NCBI RefSeq assembly: GCF_036365525.1
Contig: NW_027141112.1
Coordinates: forward strand, 3,348,001-3,412,000
Source of the DNA: Heterodontus francisci
Taxonomy: Eukaryota
DNA length: 64,000 bases
Direction of reading: 5' to 3'
Under the pieces are notes generated by a model, which worked only from the letters and a program-made list of their open reading frames with translations, made no database searches and was not told the DNA's origin. The translations under genes and the position numbers were made by a program. Positions 1 through 11,619 of the stretch are shown piece by piece (within the stretch, counting starts at the first letter, position 1; every line of letters begins with the position of its first letter).

Positions 1-321
1 CATGTCCGGTATTTAATGTTTCTTTCAGTCCCTAGTACAATATGAATTTGGGATTTCTTCTGCATTAGTCTGACAATGTTACTGTATATGAGTCTGGGAT
101 TCCTTCTGTACTTGTCCGTTTCTGGTACTGGGTGTGAAGGGGATTTGTTCTGTCTCTCTTCACTCTGGTGTTGTAAGTATGGGATTATTTCTGTACCTGA
201 TATAGTAGGTATTATTTTTTCTGTTTCTACTAATCTCTGGTATAACGGGTAACTGATAGTTTCTTTCTGTAGCTGTTTGCATTTGGTACTGTGCAGTAGT
301 GGGATTCAGTCTGCATTCATT

Positions 322-396
322 TTTCGCCTGCTTGGGAGTCATGACTTGAGCAGCGGTGTCTGGAGGAGCCGTTTCGGCGGCTGCTGTATCGGGCAT
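322..396 (-). pseudogene. Histone H1 5' fragment (N-terminal tail only)
   Basis: ATG at 396 reads MPDTAAAETAPPDTAAQVMTPKQAK, resembling vertebrate H1 N-termini (ETAP motif, Ala/Pro-rich, then Lys). No globular domain follows; the frame runs into low-complexity sequence. Confidence 0.6.
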
Positions 397-586
397 GTCC
401 GCGACTCTGCACAAATTCTCTCTGTCAGTCAGCACTTGGTCTGAAATGGAGCCTGTGATGGCGGCACTGAGAAGCTTAAAGGCAGCAAGTGGACGGAGTG
501 GAGACAACCTGCTGTCAGCTCCAGGCTCCTGCTGCTTCTCTGTGTTCCTCGTCTGAAACTCTCCAATTCCCTTAAAATTCGGATGG

Positions 587-748
587 AGTCATAGATATAT
601 ACAGCACAGAAACAGGCACTTTGGCTCATCGGGTGTGTGCCGGCCATCAAGCACCTTTCTATTCTAATCCAATTTTCCAACACTTGGCCCATAGCCTTGT
701 ATGCCTTAGTGTTTTAACGACACATCTAAATACTTCTTAAATGTTGTA
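587..748 (-). mobile_element. CR1 LINE 3' end fragment
   Basis: gtcatagatatatacagcacagaaacaggc... is the reverse complement of the CR1 3' UTR type also seen at 29861 and about 54440. Confidence 0.75.
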
Positions 749-1019
749 CTCCAGAGTCCCAGACTAGATTTTTTGTGTTTATTGTATTTTAGTTTGTTTG
801 CACTGTGCCCACTCACTGTTTTCTTTTTCATTTTTTGTGCTTAGGTCCAGGCTTCTCTGTTTTCTGTCCATTAACTAGTATGAATTTTACCTTGAATTCC
901 TACTTTAGGGATGAACTAGGGAGCAATATGTTTATTTGGCTAGAAAGACTAGTTATTTTCCTCAAGACGATCTCGGAAATGCGTTGGCATTAGACTAACG
1001 GGGGACAGTGGTACTGCAC

Positions 1020-1546
1020 AGGGGTGGTGGCGTCGTGGTGGTGTCGCTGGGCTAGTGATGCAAGGGCCCAGGCTAGTGCTTGGGGGACATGTTCTCAACT
1101 CCCAGTGCCTTCTTACGGAAGTGATTATTCTACAGAAAGAAAGAAATCAAGTGCAGCAATGCCCACATTCCATGAACGAATAATAAGAAAAAAAGAACTT
1201 GTAATCCAAAATCTTGGGCTAATTCTTTGGGGAGATGAGTGCAGTTTAGCTTGAATTAATAAAATCAATTAACTTTAAAAATCTGTAATTGAAGGTTAAT
1301 GTCAGGAATGGTGCTCTGAATCTATCATCCATTGTCGTAAAAATCCATCACTAATGGCTTTTAGGAAGGAAATCTGACATCATTACCTGCTATGGTCTAC
1401 ATGTGACTCCAGACCCACGGCAATCTGATCCACTCTTAACTGCCCTTGAAAAGGCTTAGTAAGCCATGCAGATGTCAAGGGCAATGAGGGATGGGCAACA
1501 AATGCTGGACTTGCCAGCGATGCCCACAGCCGTGAAAGAATAAAAA
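1020..1546 (+). mobile_element. tRNA-headed SINE, two head-to-tail pieces
   Basis: A-box-like GGTGGCGTCGTGG at about 1024, a first tail GCCCACATTCCATGAACGAATAA at about 1161-1195, then a second body ending GGGATGGGCAACAAATGCTGG...GAATAAAAA. Homologous to 59150-59533. Confidence 0.75.
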
Positions 1547-1844
1547 CGCCTGCCCTTTCATCCACTCTCTTACACAATATTCACATCTTCACATTTTCAG
1601 GCCGAACTGTTCACTAAATATGGAGCTCCAAGGACAGTTTTTCCCCTCCGCTCAGTCTGTGCTGCGGATTCTCGGGACTATTTGTATTTTCTCAGCTCAG
1701 TAAATGTTATGGCTCTCGTGTAGATTAGGTAGTTACCCCTAAACAGTTCACTTCTGATGGGAGGTTCAATGAAGATGGTGAAAGTCAGGGAGGGTTTTCA
1801 TACCGTAAAGAAGAAGAAAAGGATCCCTTAGAAGTTGGGTCGGT

Positions 1845-2120
1845 AACCACAGAATTATAGAAGCCAAGAAGGAGACTGTTCAACCACTCCAGCCCTTTCC
1901 CGCTCTCTGGAAGAGAGATATACCTCGCCACATTTCCCTGACGTTTCTTCGTAAACCTGCATTGTTTTTTTCTCTTCAGATAATTATCCAATTTCCTGTT
2001 GAATACCACGATTGAATCTGCCTTCACCACACTCTCAGGCAGTGCATTCCAGATCCTAACCACTCACTGAAGAAGAAAAGTTGTTTTGTCATGTCACCTC
2101 TGACTGTTTTGCCAATTTAC
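1845..2120 (-). mobile_element. CR1 LINE 3' fragment
   Basis: ORF 1785-2063 VRIWNALPESVVKADSIVVFNRKLDNYL matches the CR1 ORF2 C-terminus. Confidence 0.85.
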
Positions 2121-2483
2121 AACATTACAGAACAGGCCAACTCCCCTCTGTGCAGAATTGACGTGGTTGAGAGTGGCTTACAAATCTAGTGCGGTAAGGG
2201 CAATGACACTGCAGTCATCCGCAAACTGTAGATCACGTATGACTATGGTGTATTGTTCAGCTTTAGCAAGAGGCGACTGAGGTTAATGAGTTTTCCATCT
2301 CGGAAGAACTCAATAATCACACCAAAGGGCAGTTTAACTTTGATGATGCCAGTCACCTCTGTCAGTTAGACTGTAAATAATATTTGTAAACTAAGGAATA
2401 TGTGACTGTAGCATAGGAAATTGTCACATCTGCAGTACACAATAAATTATTTGTGAAAAAAAATCCTTATGGTATTAAGAGTT

Positions 2484-3263
2484 ACCAGGACGTTTTGTTT
2501 CATGAGGCAGTCACACCTGGTAGATTAAGTAATTCAAATTCAGTTAGTGATCAGGGACAACAGGGTGTGATTGCAAGTGAGGCAGGTAGGGGGATCCTGA
2601 ATTCAGGGGTAGAGGAGCCTCAGCTTTTGACCTTATCCAACAGGTACAAGATACTTGCTCCCTGTGTGGATGAGGAAAAGGGCTGCGGGGAGGATGAGCC
2701 AACTGACCATGGCAACATGGTGCAGAAGGCCATTCAAGAGGTGGGAGCAAAAAGACAAGTGGTAGTTATAGGGGATTCTATAATTAGGGGGATAGATAGT
2801 ATCCTTTGCAAGCCGGGTCAGGAGTCCCGCATGGTGTGTTGCCCGCCCGGTGCCAGGGTGCAGGACATCTCTGACCGGCTTGAAAGGATATTGGAGCGGG
2901 ACGGGGAGGATCCATTTGTTGTGGTCCACGTTGGGACTAAAAACATAGGCAAGGCTAGGATGGAGGACCTGTTTGGGGATTATAAAGCACCAGGAACGAA
3001 ATTACGGAACAGGTCCTCGAAGGTCATAATTTCCGGATCACAGCCCGAGCCACGTGCAGATTGGCTTAGGGATAAGAATATTAGGGAAGTAAACACGTGG
3101 CTAAGGGTGTGGTGTGGGAAAGAGGGGTTCCATTTCATGGGGCATTGGCATCAGTTTTGGAACCGGGGGATCTGTACCAATGGGACGGTCTCCACCTGAA
3201 CCGATCTGGAACCAGTGTTCATGCGAAACGGATAAATAGGGTGGTCTCTAGGACTTTAAATTA
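2484..3263 (+). pseudogene. CR1 ORF1 SGNH/GDSL esterase domain
   Basis: VVVIGDSIIRG, VVVHVGTKNIG and frameshifted DGLHLN block. Confidence 0.9.
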
Positions 3264-3439
3264 GTGACTCGGGGGGAAGGGAAAGGGAAAACGACAGGGA
3301 GTATGATGGTAAATAAAAAGGTAAGCAGCAGGTTAACATGTGTGCAGGAGGGTTTAAGTTCAAGGCAGACGATGAAAGAAGCAGAAAGGAAGGATAACTC
3401 AGGAGTTATTATTAGAGATGTTGGAAATCATGAGGGTAA

Positions 3440-6225
3440 GAAAGTTAGCAGAAAGGCACTTTACCTGAATGCTCGTAGCATTTGTAACAAGGTTGATGAG
3501 TTAACGGCACAAATCATGGCGAATGAATATGATTTGGTAGCCATTACGGAGACATGCTTACAGGTTGGTCACGACTGGGAGTTAAATATCCAGGGGTACC
3601 AGACTATTCGGAAGGACAGATAGGAAGGTAAGGGAGGTGGTGTAGCTCTGATATTCAAGGACGACATCAGGGCGGTGCTGAGAGATGATATAGGTTCTAT
3701 GGAGAATGAGGTTGAATCCATTTGGGTGGAAATTGGAAAATGTAAGAAGAAAAAGTCATTGAAAGGCGTAGTCTATAGGCCACCAAATAATAACATCACA
3801 TTGGGGCGGGCAATAAACAAAGAGATAATTAATGCCTGTAAAAACGGTATGGCAATTATCATGGGGGATTTTAATCTACATGTAGATTGGTCGAACCAGC
3901 TCAGTCAGGGTAGCCTTGAGGTGGTGTTCGTTGAGTGCATCCGTGATAGTTTTCTTGAACAGTATGTAATGGAACCGACGAGGGAGCAAGCTATCCTAGA
4001 TCTAGTGCGGTGTAATGAGACAGGAATAATTAATGACCTCATGGTTAGGGATCCTCTTGGAAGGAGTGATCACAGTATGGCTGAATTTAGAATACAGATG
4101 GAAAGTGTGAAGATAAAATCCTATACCAAAGTCCTGCGCTTGAACAAGGGGGACTACAATAGAATGAGAGAGGACTTGGCTAAAGTAGACTGGAAACAAA
4201 GATTTTATGCTGGGACAGTTGACGAGCAGTGGAGGACTTTCAAAGCAATTTTTCAAAGTGCTCAGCAAAAGTATATTCCAGTGAAAAGGAAGGACTGGAA
4301 GGAAAGGGGTAATCTGCCATGGGTGTCCAAGGAAATAAGGGAGGCTATCAATTTGAAAGAGAAGGCATGCAAAGTGGCCAAAAACAGCATGCAACTTGAA
4401 GATTGGGGAAACTTTAAAGGTCATCAGAAAGCCACAAAAAGAGCTATAAAGAAAAGTAAGATAGAACATGAGAAAAAACTAGCACAGATAATAAAGACAG
4501 ATAGCAAAAGTTTCTATAAGGATATAAAATGAAGAAGAGTGGCTAAAGTAAACGTTGGTCCTTTAGAGGATGAGAAGGGGGATTTAGTTATGGGATATGA
4601 TGAAATGGCCGAGGCATTGAACAGGTATTTTGCATCGTTCTTCACAGTGGAGGACATTAATAACATGCCAGTAATTGAAAAAGAAACTAACATCGGTGAG
4701 GACCTGGAAACAATCATTATTACGGAAGAGGTAGTGTTGGGCAAGCTAATGGAGCTAAGGATTGAAAAGTCTCCTGGCCCTGATGGAATGCATCCCAGGG
4801 TACTAAAAGATATGGCGAGAGAAATAGCAGGTGCACTGGCGGTAATTTTCCAAAATTCGCTGGACTCTGGGGTAGTCCCAGCAGATTGGAAAACAGTAGA
4901 TGTGACACCACTGTTTAAAAAGGGAGGTAGACAAAAGATGGGGAATTATAGACAGGTTAGCTTAACCTCTGTAGTGGGGAAGATGCTTGAGTCTATTATC
5001 AAGGAAGAAATAGCAGGACATCTCGATAGAAATTGTCCCGTTGGGCAGACGCAGCATGGGTTCATGAAGGGCAGGTAATGCTTGACAAATCTTTTGGAAT
5101 TCTTTAATGGACATTACGAGCAAGGTCGACAATGGGGACGCAGTGGATGTGGTGTAGCTAGATTTCCAAAAGGCCTTCGACAAGGTGCCGCACAAGAGGC
5201 TGCTGCATAAGATAAGGATGCATGGCGTTAGGGGGAAAGTATTAGCATGGATAGAGGATTGGTTGACTAACAGGAAGCAGAGAGTGGGGATAAATGAGTG
5301 TTATTCTGGTTGGCAATCATGCAATAGTGGTGTGCCTCAGGGATCGGTGTTGGGACTGCCATTATTTACAATTTACATAGATGATTTGGAGTTGGGGACC
5401 ACGTGTAGGGTGTCAACGTTTGAGGATGACACAAAGATGAGTGGCAGAGCAAAGTGTGCAGATGACTGTGAAACTTTGCAGAGGAACATAGATACATTGA
5501 GTGAGTGGGCAAAGGCCTGGCATATGGAATACAATGTTAATAAATGTGAAGTCATTCATTTCGGTAGGAGTAACAGTAAAAAGGATTATTACTTGAATGG
5601 TAAAAAGTTGCAGCATGCTGCTATGCAGAGGGACCTGGGTGTCCTTGTGCATGAATTTCAGAAGGTTGGTCTGCAGGTACAGCAAGTAATTAGGAAGGCA
5701 AATGGAATATTGTCGTTCATTGCTTAAGGGATTGAGTTTAAAAGCAGAGAGGTTATGTTACAGCTGTACAATGTACTGGTGAGGCCGCACCTGGAGTACT
5801 GTGTGCAGTTTTGGTCTCCTTACTTGAGAAAGGATGTACTGGCACTGGAGAGGGTGCAGAGGAGTTTCACGAAGTTGATTCCGGAGTTGGGGGGGTTGGC
5901 ATATGAGGAGACACTGTGGAGATTGGGATTATATTCATTCGAATTCAGAGGAATGAGGGGGGATCTTATAGAAACATATCAAATTATGAAGGAAGTAGAC
6001 AAGATACAAGTAGAGAGTATGTTGCCACTGGCAGGTGAAGCTAGGACAAGAGGGCATAGCCTCAAGATTAGAGGGAGCAGATTTAGGACTGAATTAAGAA
6101 GGAACCTCTTCACCCAGAGGTTTGTTAATCTAAGAAATTCCTTGCCCAGTGAAGTAGTTGACGCTTCTTCAGTAAACGTTTTTAAAGCTAAGGTCGATAT
6201 CTTTTTGAACAATAAAGGAATTTAG
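3440..6225 (+). pseudogene. CR1 ORF2 endonuclease-reverse transcriptase, broken
   Basis: Consecutive ORFs 3264-3623, 3675-4532, 4539-5078, 5185-5727 and 5755-6225 form a colinear APE-RT protein. Confidence 0.93.
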
Positions 6226-6604
6226 GGATACGGTGAGAATGCGGGTAAGTGGATCTGAGTCCACGAAAAGATCAGCCATGATCTCATTGAATGGCGGAGC
6301 AGCTCTAGGGGCCGGACGGCCGACTCCTGCTCCTAGTTCTCATGGTCTTATGGTCTAAGAGGTTATTGCACTTTTGAAATGTCTGACAGAGTCTTACTGC
6401 AGTAGGGCATTTATTTTTCCCAAGTTGGGGCATGTGTAGGAATCCTAGGGCTGGATGTAATGCCTTGCACCACACCTGAGATGGGCTAAGAGGCGGGTAT
6501 CCCAAAGATGTGCAATGGTAGGCAGGCAAGGGAGCGCCCATCATCTCTGCATAACACTGCAGCTATGTTGGGATTGGAAAGGGTCAGCAACGGCCTTCCT
6601 TTCA

Positions 6605-6960
6605 GAGGCGATTTGAGGCCCTTAGGAGACCTACTTACGAGGCTCTTACCGTCACTGCTGGAGATCAGCCCAGTAAAATGTGACCTCCCTTGGGCTTGGG
6701 AGGGCGTCATCCGTGGGCAATTTGTGCTCCACGGGGGGCCATGGCAGAAAGCAATCCACCCCTTTCAAAAGCCCATCTTCCTGCCTCAAGACTGGTGCCT
6801 GCCAGACTGGCCTCGGTGACCGCGCATCACTTAACTGAATTCCGGCTCTGCAGTGGTGGACCTGGTTCCAAAGCCTCTGTAATGCCAGCATTAGCCACCA
6901 CTCCCGGTGGAGCTGCGTGTACAACTAAGCTGCCTGCCAATAAGTGGCCGACTGCTCAAG
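6605..6960. mobile_element. Possible non-autonomous DNA transposon remnant
   Basis: GC-rich segment (GAGGCCCTTAGG..., CCACTCCCGGTGG) resembling interspersed repeats I associate with shark genomes. No TIR or TSD verified. Confidence 0.25.
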
Positions 6961-7179
6961 GGGACAGAATCACAGACCGAAAATAGACTGCTCGTGGAGA
7001 AGTGGTTTAGGGCCAATGAGGGCTGGAGGTGGAATTGGAACTTGGAGGAGAGGAATAATGGACTTTTGAGAGGAGAGCAATGTTCCCTTTAAGGTGCATG
7101 ACCGTGCAGCAATCTTGACTGTCATCGTGTCATAGAATCTTATGATGACAATATAAGTAGATAACGTTTGCTGCCAGAC

Positions 7180-7645
7180 AGAGTAGTGAGCACAGAGTGA
7201 CCTGGGAGTAGATGGTTTCATGAACAGAGTGCTAAGGCAGGCATTTGGTGCAAATGGGAATTTGGTGCAGAGTAATAGGGATGTGTTGCTTTTATTTTTG
7301 TTCTGCCTCCAGTAGTTGGTGAGTGTTCTTAGATTGTCTCCAAACTAGGTTTCTGTAACTTGCTATTACTTTAGCTGACTAAATAACTTTGTAATGTTAT
7401 CAAATAAATAATTAACGTTCGACAGACACGGCAGGGCAGACGGTGTGCTATGACTGCAGCATGCTTGAGTTTCTGGAATACATTGCAATCCCGTGCAGAC
7501 ATATCTGCGGTAAATGTGAACAGCTCGAGCAACTTCAGCTCAGAGTTGCTGAGCTGCGGCCTGAGCCACAGACATTGCAGGGCATCAGGGTGCAGGGAAG
7601 GTCCATGTAAATCTGGTTCAGGGATGCAGTCACTCCCGCCAGGTT
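7180..7645 (+). mobile_element. CR1 5' UTR and ORF1 N-terminus (zinc finger/coiled coil)
   Basis: VCYDCSML...ICGKCEQLEQLQLRVAEL (frameshifted), then GCAGTCACTCC matching ORF1 at about 2508. Continues after the insertion at 9313. Confidence 0.75.
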
Positions 7646-9307
7646 AGAACATAGAACATAGAACAGTACAGCACAGTACAGGCCTTTCGTCCCACGATAT
7701 TGTGCCGAAACTTTAACCTACTCTAAGATCTAAGTAACTACCTACCCTTCATTCTACCATCACCCATGTACCTATCCAAGATTCGCTTAAATGCCCCTAA
7801 TGTATCTGCTTCTACTACCACCGCCGACAGCGCATTCCACGCACCCACCACTCTCTGTGTAAAGAACCTACCTCTGACATCACCCCGAAACCTTCCTCCA
7901 ATCACCTTAAAATTATGACCCCTGGTGACAGCCCCTTCCACCCTGGGAAAAAGTCTCTGACTATCCACTCTATCTATGCCTCTCATCATCTTGTACCCCT
8001 CTATCAAGTCACCTCTCATCCTTCTTCGCTCCAATGAGAAAAGCACTCGCTCCCTCAATCTTTCTTCGTACGACATGCCCTCCAGTCCAGGTAGCATCCT
8101 GGTAAATCTCCTCTGCACCCTCTCTAAAGCTTCCACATCATTCCGATAATGAGGCGAACAGAACTGAACGCAATATTCTAAGTGTGGTCGAACCAGGGCC
8201 TTATAGAGCTGCAGCATAACCTCACGGCTCTTAAACTCAATCCCCCTGTTAATGAAAACCAACACACCATACGCCTTCTTAACAACCCTATCAACTTGGG
8301 TGGCAACTTTGAGCGATCTATGGACATGGACCCCAAGATCCCTCTGTTCCTCCATACTACCAAGAATCCTGTCTTTAAGCCTGTATTCCGCATTCAGATT
8401 CGACCTTCCAAAATGAATCACTTCACACTTTTCCAGGTTGAACTCCATCTGCCATTTCTCAGCCCAGCTCTGCATCCTGTCAATGTCCTGTTGCAACCTA
8501 GAACAGCCTTCCACACTATCCACAACTCCAGCAACCTTCGTGTCATCAGCAAACTTGCTAACCCAGCCTTCCACTTCCTCATCCAAGTCATTTATGAAAA
8601 TCACAAAGAGCAGAGGTCCCAGAATAGATCATTGTGGAACACCACTGGTCACCGAGCTCTAGGATGAATACTTTCCATCTACCACCACCCTCTGACTTCT
8701 ATGGGCCAGCTAATTTTGTATCCAGACAGCCAACCTTCCCTGTATCCCATGTCTCCTTACTTTCTGAATGAGCCTACCATGGGGAACCTTATCAAACGCC
8801 TTGCTAAAATCCATATACACACCACATCCACTGCTCTTCCTTCATCAATGTGTTTTGTCACATCTTCAAAGAATTCAATAAGGCTTGTGAGGCATGACCT
8901 GCCCCTCTCAAAGCCATGCTGACTGTCTCTAATCAAACCATGCTTTTCCAAATAATCATAGATCCTGTCTCTCAGAATCCTCTCCAATAATTTGCCCACT
9001 ACCGACGTAAGACTGACTGGTCTATAATTCCCAGGGTTATCTCTATTCCCTTTCTTGAACAAGGGAACAACATTTGCCACCCTCCAATCATCCGGTACTA
9101 CTCCAGTGGACAGTGGAGACGCAAAGATCATCGCCAAAAGCGCAGCAATCTCTTCCCTCGCTTCCAGTAATATCCTTGGGTATATCCCGTCTGGCCCCGG
9201 GGACTTATCTGTCCTCATATCATTCATAATTTCCAGCACATCCTCCCTCTTAACCTCAACCTGTTCAAGCATATCAGCCTGTTCCACGCTGTCCTCACAA
9301 ACGACCA
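7646..9307 (-). mobile_element. CR1 LINE, 5'-truncated, relatively young
   Basis: ORFs 8757-9287 and 7738-8604 give RT (SKFADDTK) through the C-terminus. (CTATGTT)n tail at about 7646-7665; GTTAG at both flanks (7643-7647, 9308-9312). Confidence 0.95.
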
Positions 9308-9312
9308 GTTAG

Positions 9313-9532
9313 GTAGAACTTTAGAGTTGTTCAATATTTAGGACAGCTCTAATCAATCTGTCGATGAGTGTATTCAAGACTGAGGTCAATAGATTTCCTG
9401 GTACTGCAGGCATCAAGGGATATGGAATTAGAACAGGAAAGAGGAGCTGATGTGGAACTTCAACCAAGATCTCAATGACTGGCGAGCAGGTTCCAGAGGC
9501 CATCTGGCCTTGTCCTTCTCCTGTTTCTTATG
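9313..9532 (+). mobile_element. Continuation of host CR1: short ORF1 piece joined to ORF2 3' end and 3' UTR
   Basis: TATTCAAGACTGAGGTCAATAGATT...AAGGGATATGG...CTCCTGTTTCTTATG is a CR1 3' end. Confidence 0.7.
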
Positions 9533-9629
9533 GGATTTTTGTGGTTCTTGTGAAAGAGAAATTCCGACTGCCCTGTAGTCTCCTTAAGTCCTACTATTGT
9601 CGAATTGTAATATTGTTGTAATGTTAATG

Positions 9630-9972
9630 CTATGTCCAGACTAGCCAAGAGGGTGTGGGAAAATGACGCACTGACATGGAACACAAAAGTCCGAGTCTTT
9701 CAAGCCTGTGTCCTCAGTCCCTTGCTCTATGGCAGCGAGACTAAAGAGGGGCGAGTCGATGAGACTTAGCAGTGGCAGAAAAAAAGGCAGAAGCGCAAGG
9801 AGAGAGCCAACTGTGTAACAGACCCGACAACCAATATTATTTGCAGCGCCTGTGGAAGTGTCTGTCACTCTAGAACTAGCCTTTCTAGCCACTGCAGGCG
9901 CTGACGCACAAACCACTGACCACCTCCTGGCGCTTCCCCATTGTCTCTGGAGACAAGGATGCCAAAGAAGAA
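9630..9972 (+). mobile_element. RTE-clade LINE 3' fragment, internally deleted
   Basis: Reads SRLAKRVWENDALTWNTKVRVFQACVLSPLLYGSET, then ICSACGSVCHSR..SH (C-terminal zinc finger) and a GCCAAAGAAGAA tail. Confidence 0.8.
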
Positions 9973-10229
9973 TGTTACCCTTTGTGCTAAGTAGCGAAGT
10001 TGAAGTTAATGGAAATGCCCACTAGGCTGTGAGAGGCAGGCTGGCCTGAACGCAAAAGCAAACTTCAGAGTGACTTTTTTTTAAATAATGCATTGAATTA
10101 TTTGATAATGAAGTGTGGAATAGTTAACACTGCAAAGGAAAGCATCTGTGCTTACATTTCATTTTTAAATAGGTTTCTTTTAGAAGTAGGAGATTGACTG
10201 GTATAAATATTGGGGAGGACAGATTCATC

Positions 10230-10392
10230 GTGTTTTAAAATGAGAAATTGTTAAGTTCTTGAAGAGAAAAATGCAGGACGGTGTGAAAAGGAACGGGAAG
10301 AGGGATCAACTGGATTCCTCTTTTAGAGAACCAGCATGCTCTCGACCGTCCAAATGCCCTTCTTCTGTGTTGTAACTATTCTGATTCTATGA
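10230..10392 (+). mobile_element. CR1 3' end fragment, old
   Basis: TTTAAAATGAGAAATTG...CCTTCTTCTGTGTTGTAACTATTCTGATTCTATG tail. Confidence 0.6.
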
Positions 10393-10795
10393 CACTCAAT
10401 TGTACTCAGTCGAAGACAGACTTCTCATATAAGTCAATTACATTCTCCTTATTTGGATGTGTTCTTCAACGATATTATACTTATATAATACAGCATTGCT
10501 TGGAACCTCACATGGATACTCTAGGCACAATGTGTTTCACTTTGTAAAGGACTAACAGTCTGAGATCATTTCTATAACACATTTGAATCCTTGAATTAAG
10601 TCTGCACGATTCAGTAGCAATTACGGTAAGTAAGTGTTCGTTTCAATACCATTAAATGAGGTTTCTACTGATAATTCCTGATAGTCAATGAGAGGAAAAT
10701 AATTGCTTTGGGAAGCATGTTATCCATGAGCATGGATCCACAAACATTTCTATGCTGTAAATGGCGCTTGTTCCTGATTTCTATGGCATTTACTG

Positions 10796-10950
10796 TGTTA
10801 GGATCGACGTTGGTGAAATGTACCGTTTTTCTCTAGTTCACTTCGCCATGGGCCACAACTTATATTCAACTCTTTTACCCATTTACTGATATTGTCAATT
10901 ATATATTTTATCAATGTTAGTTTCAGAATTTAAAAAAATGCCAGCTGGTT
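10796..10950. mobile_element. LTR end fragment related to the solo LTR at 23266
   Basis: Starts TGTTAGGA and shares TTTCTCTAGTTC, TTACyGATA and CAATTATATA blocks with 23266-23420. Confidence 0.55.
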
Positions 10951-11249
10951 TCACATTCAATGATTAATATTTGGTCATTTGTTCTGCCTTCCGACACCAT
11001 CTTGATGTTGTCTTCGAGGCAGCAACTGGTTCGCTGTCCCAGGCAGACCAACGATGTCCTACTTTACTTCGCTGCCACCTTTACTGATCCAAAGCCTGTC
11101 CCCATATTCTGTGAAGTTTCCTTTCTGATACCTATTATTGTAACCAAATTTCAGAATGAGTGTAACAATTCTCCTGGCAGCACCTCTATCCAGTTCATTA
11201 CTATCTCAAGGTACCTCAAGAGATATGTTAACAAGGCATTTTTAAATTA

Positions 11250-11572
11250 TTTTTATATTCTTTCATGGACGCAGGCATTGCTGGCAAGGTCAATATATAT
11301 ACTCACATATACTCCAGACTAAGTAACAGCGACTGAAATCCTTCCCCAAAGGATATTAGTGAATCAAATGAGTTTTTACAATAATCAATGACAGTTTTAT
11401 CGTATTATTACCGGGACTAGTTTTTTTAATTATTCCAGATTTTTGATCAATCAATTGATAATTTAATTTAAATTCCACCAATTGACATAGTGTGATTTTA
11501 ATCAACAATCCAAGGGCCTGTACATCTGGATTACTAGATTAATGATATTACCACAACTCCACTGCCTCCCCA
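11250..11572 (-). mobile_element. SINE (same family as 1020 and 59150), internally deleted
   Basis: Reverse complement of tail (ATTCTTTCATGG...TGCTGGCAAGG), core (ACAATAATCAATGACAGTTT) and head (CTGGATTACTAG...CCACTGCCTCCCC). Confidence 0.7.
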
Positions 11573-11619
11573 AGATTTATGCGACAAGATCAACGTTAGG
11601 ACCAAATGTGAAGTTGAAA

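Larger units (their letters stand above)
2484..6356 (+). mobile_element. CR1 LINE, long 5'-truncated copy, disabled
   Basis: ORF1 esterase, then APE (YLNARS, ITET, GDFN, SDH), then RT (PGPDG, QHGF, GVPQGSVLG, FEDD instead of FADD), 3' UTR and ATGGTCTT tail repeat. Several in-frame stops and frameshifts. Confidence 0.95.

Noticed and set aside
2453-6225. Novel RT plus esterase system (retron, DGR or defence-like)
   Set aside because: An SGNH esterase ORF1 with APE-RT ORF2 is the known architecture of CR1 LINEs, and all copies here are broken.
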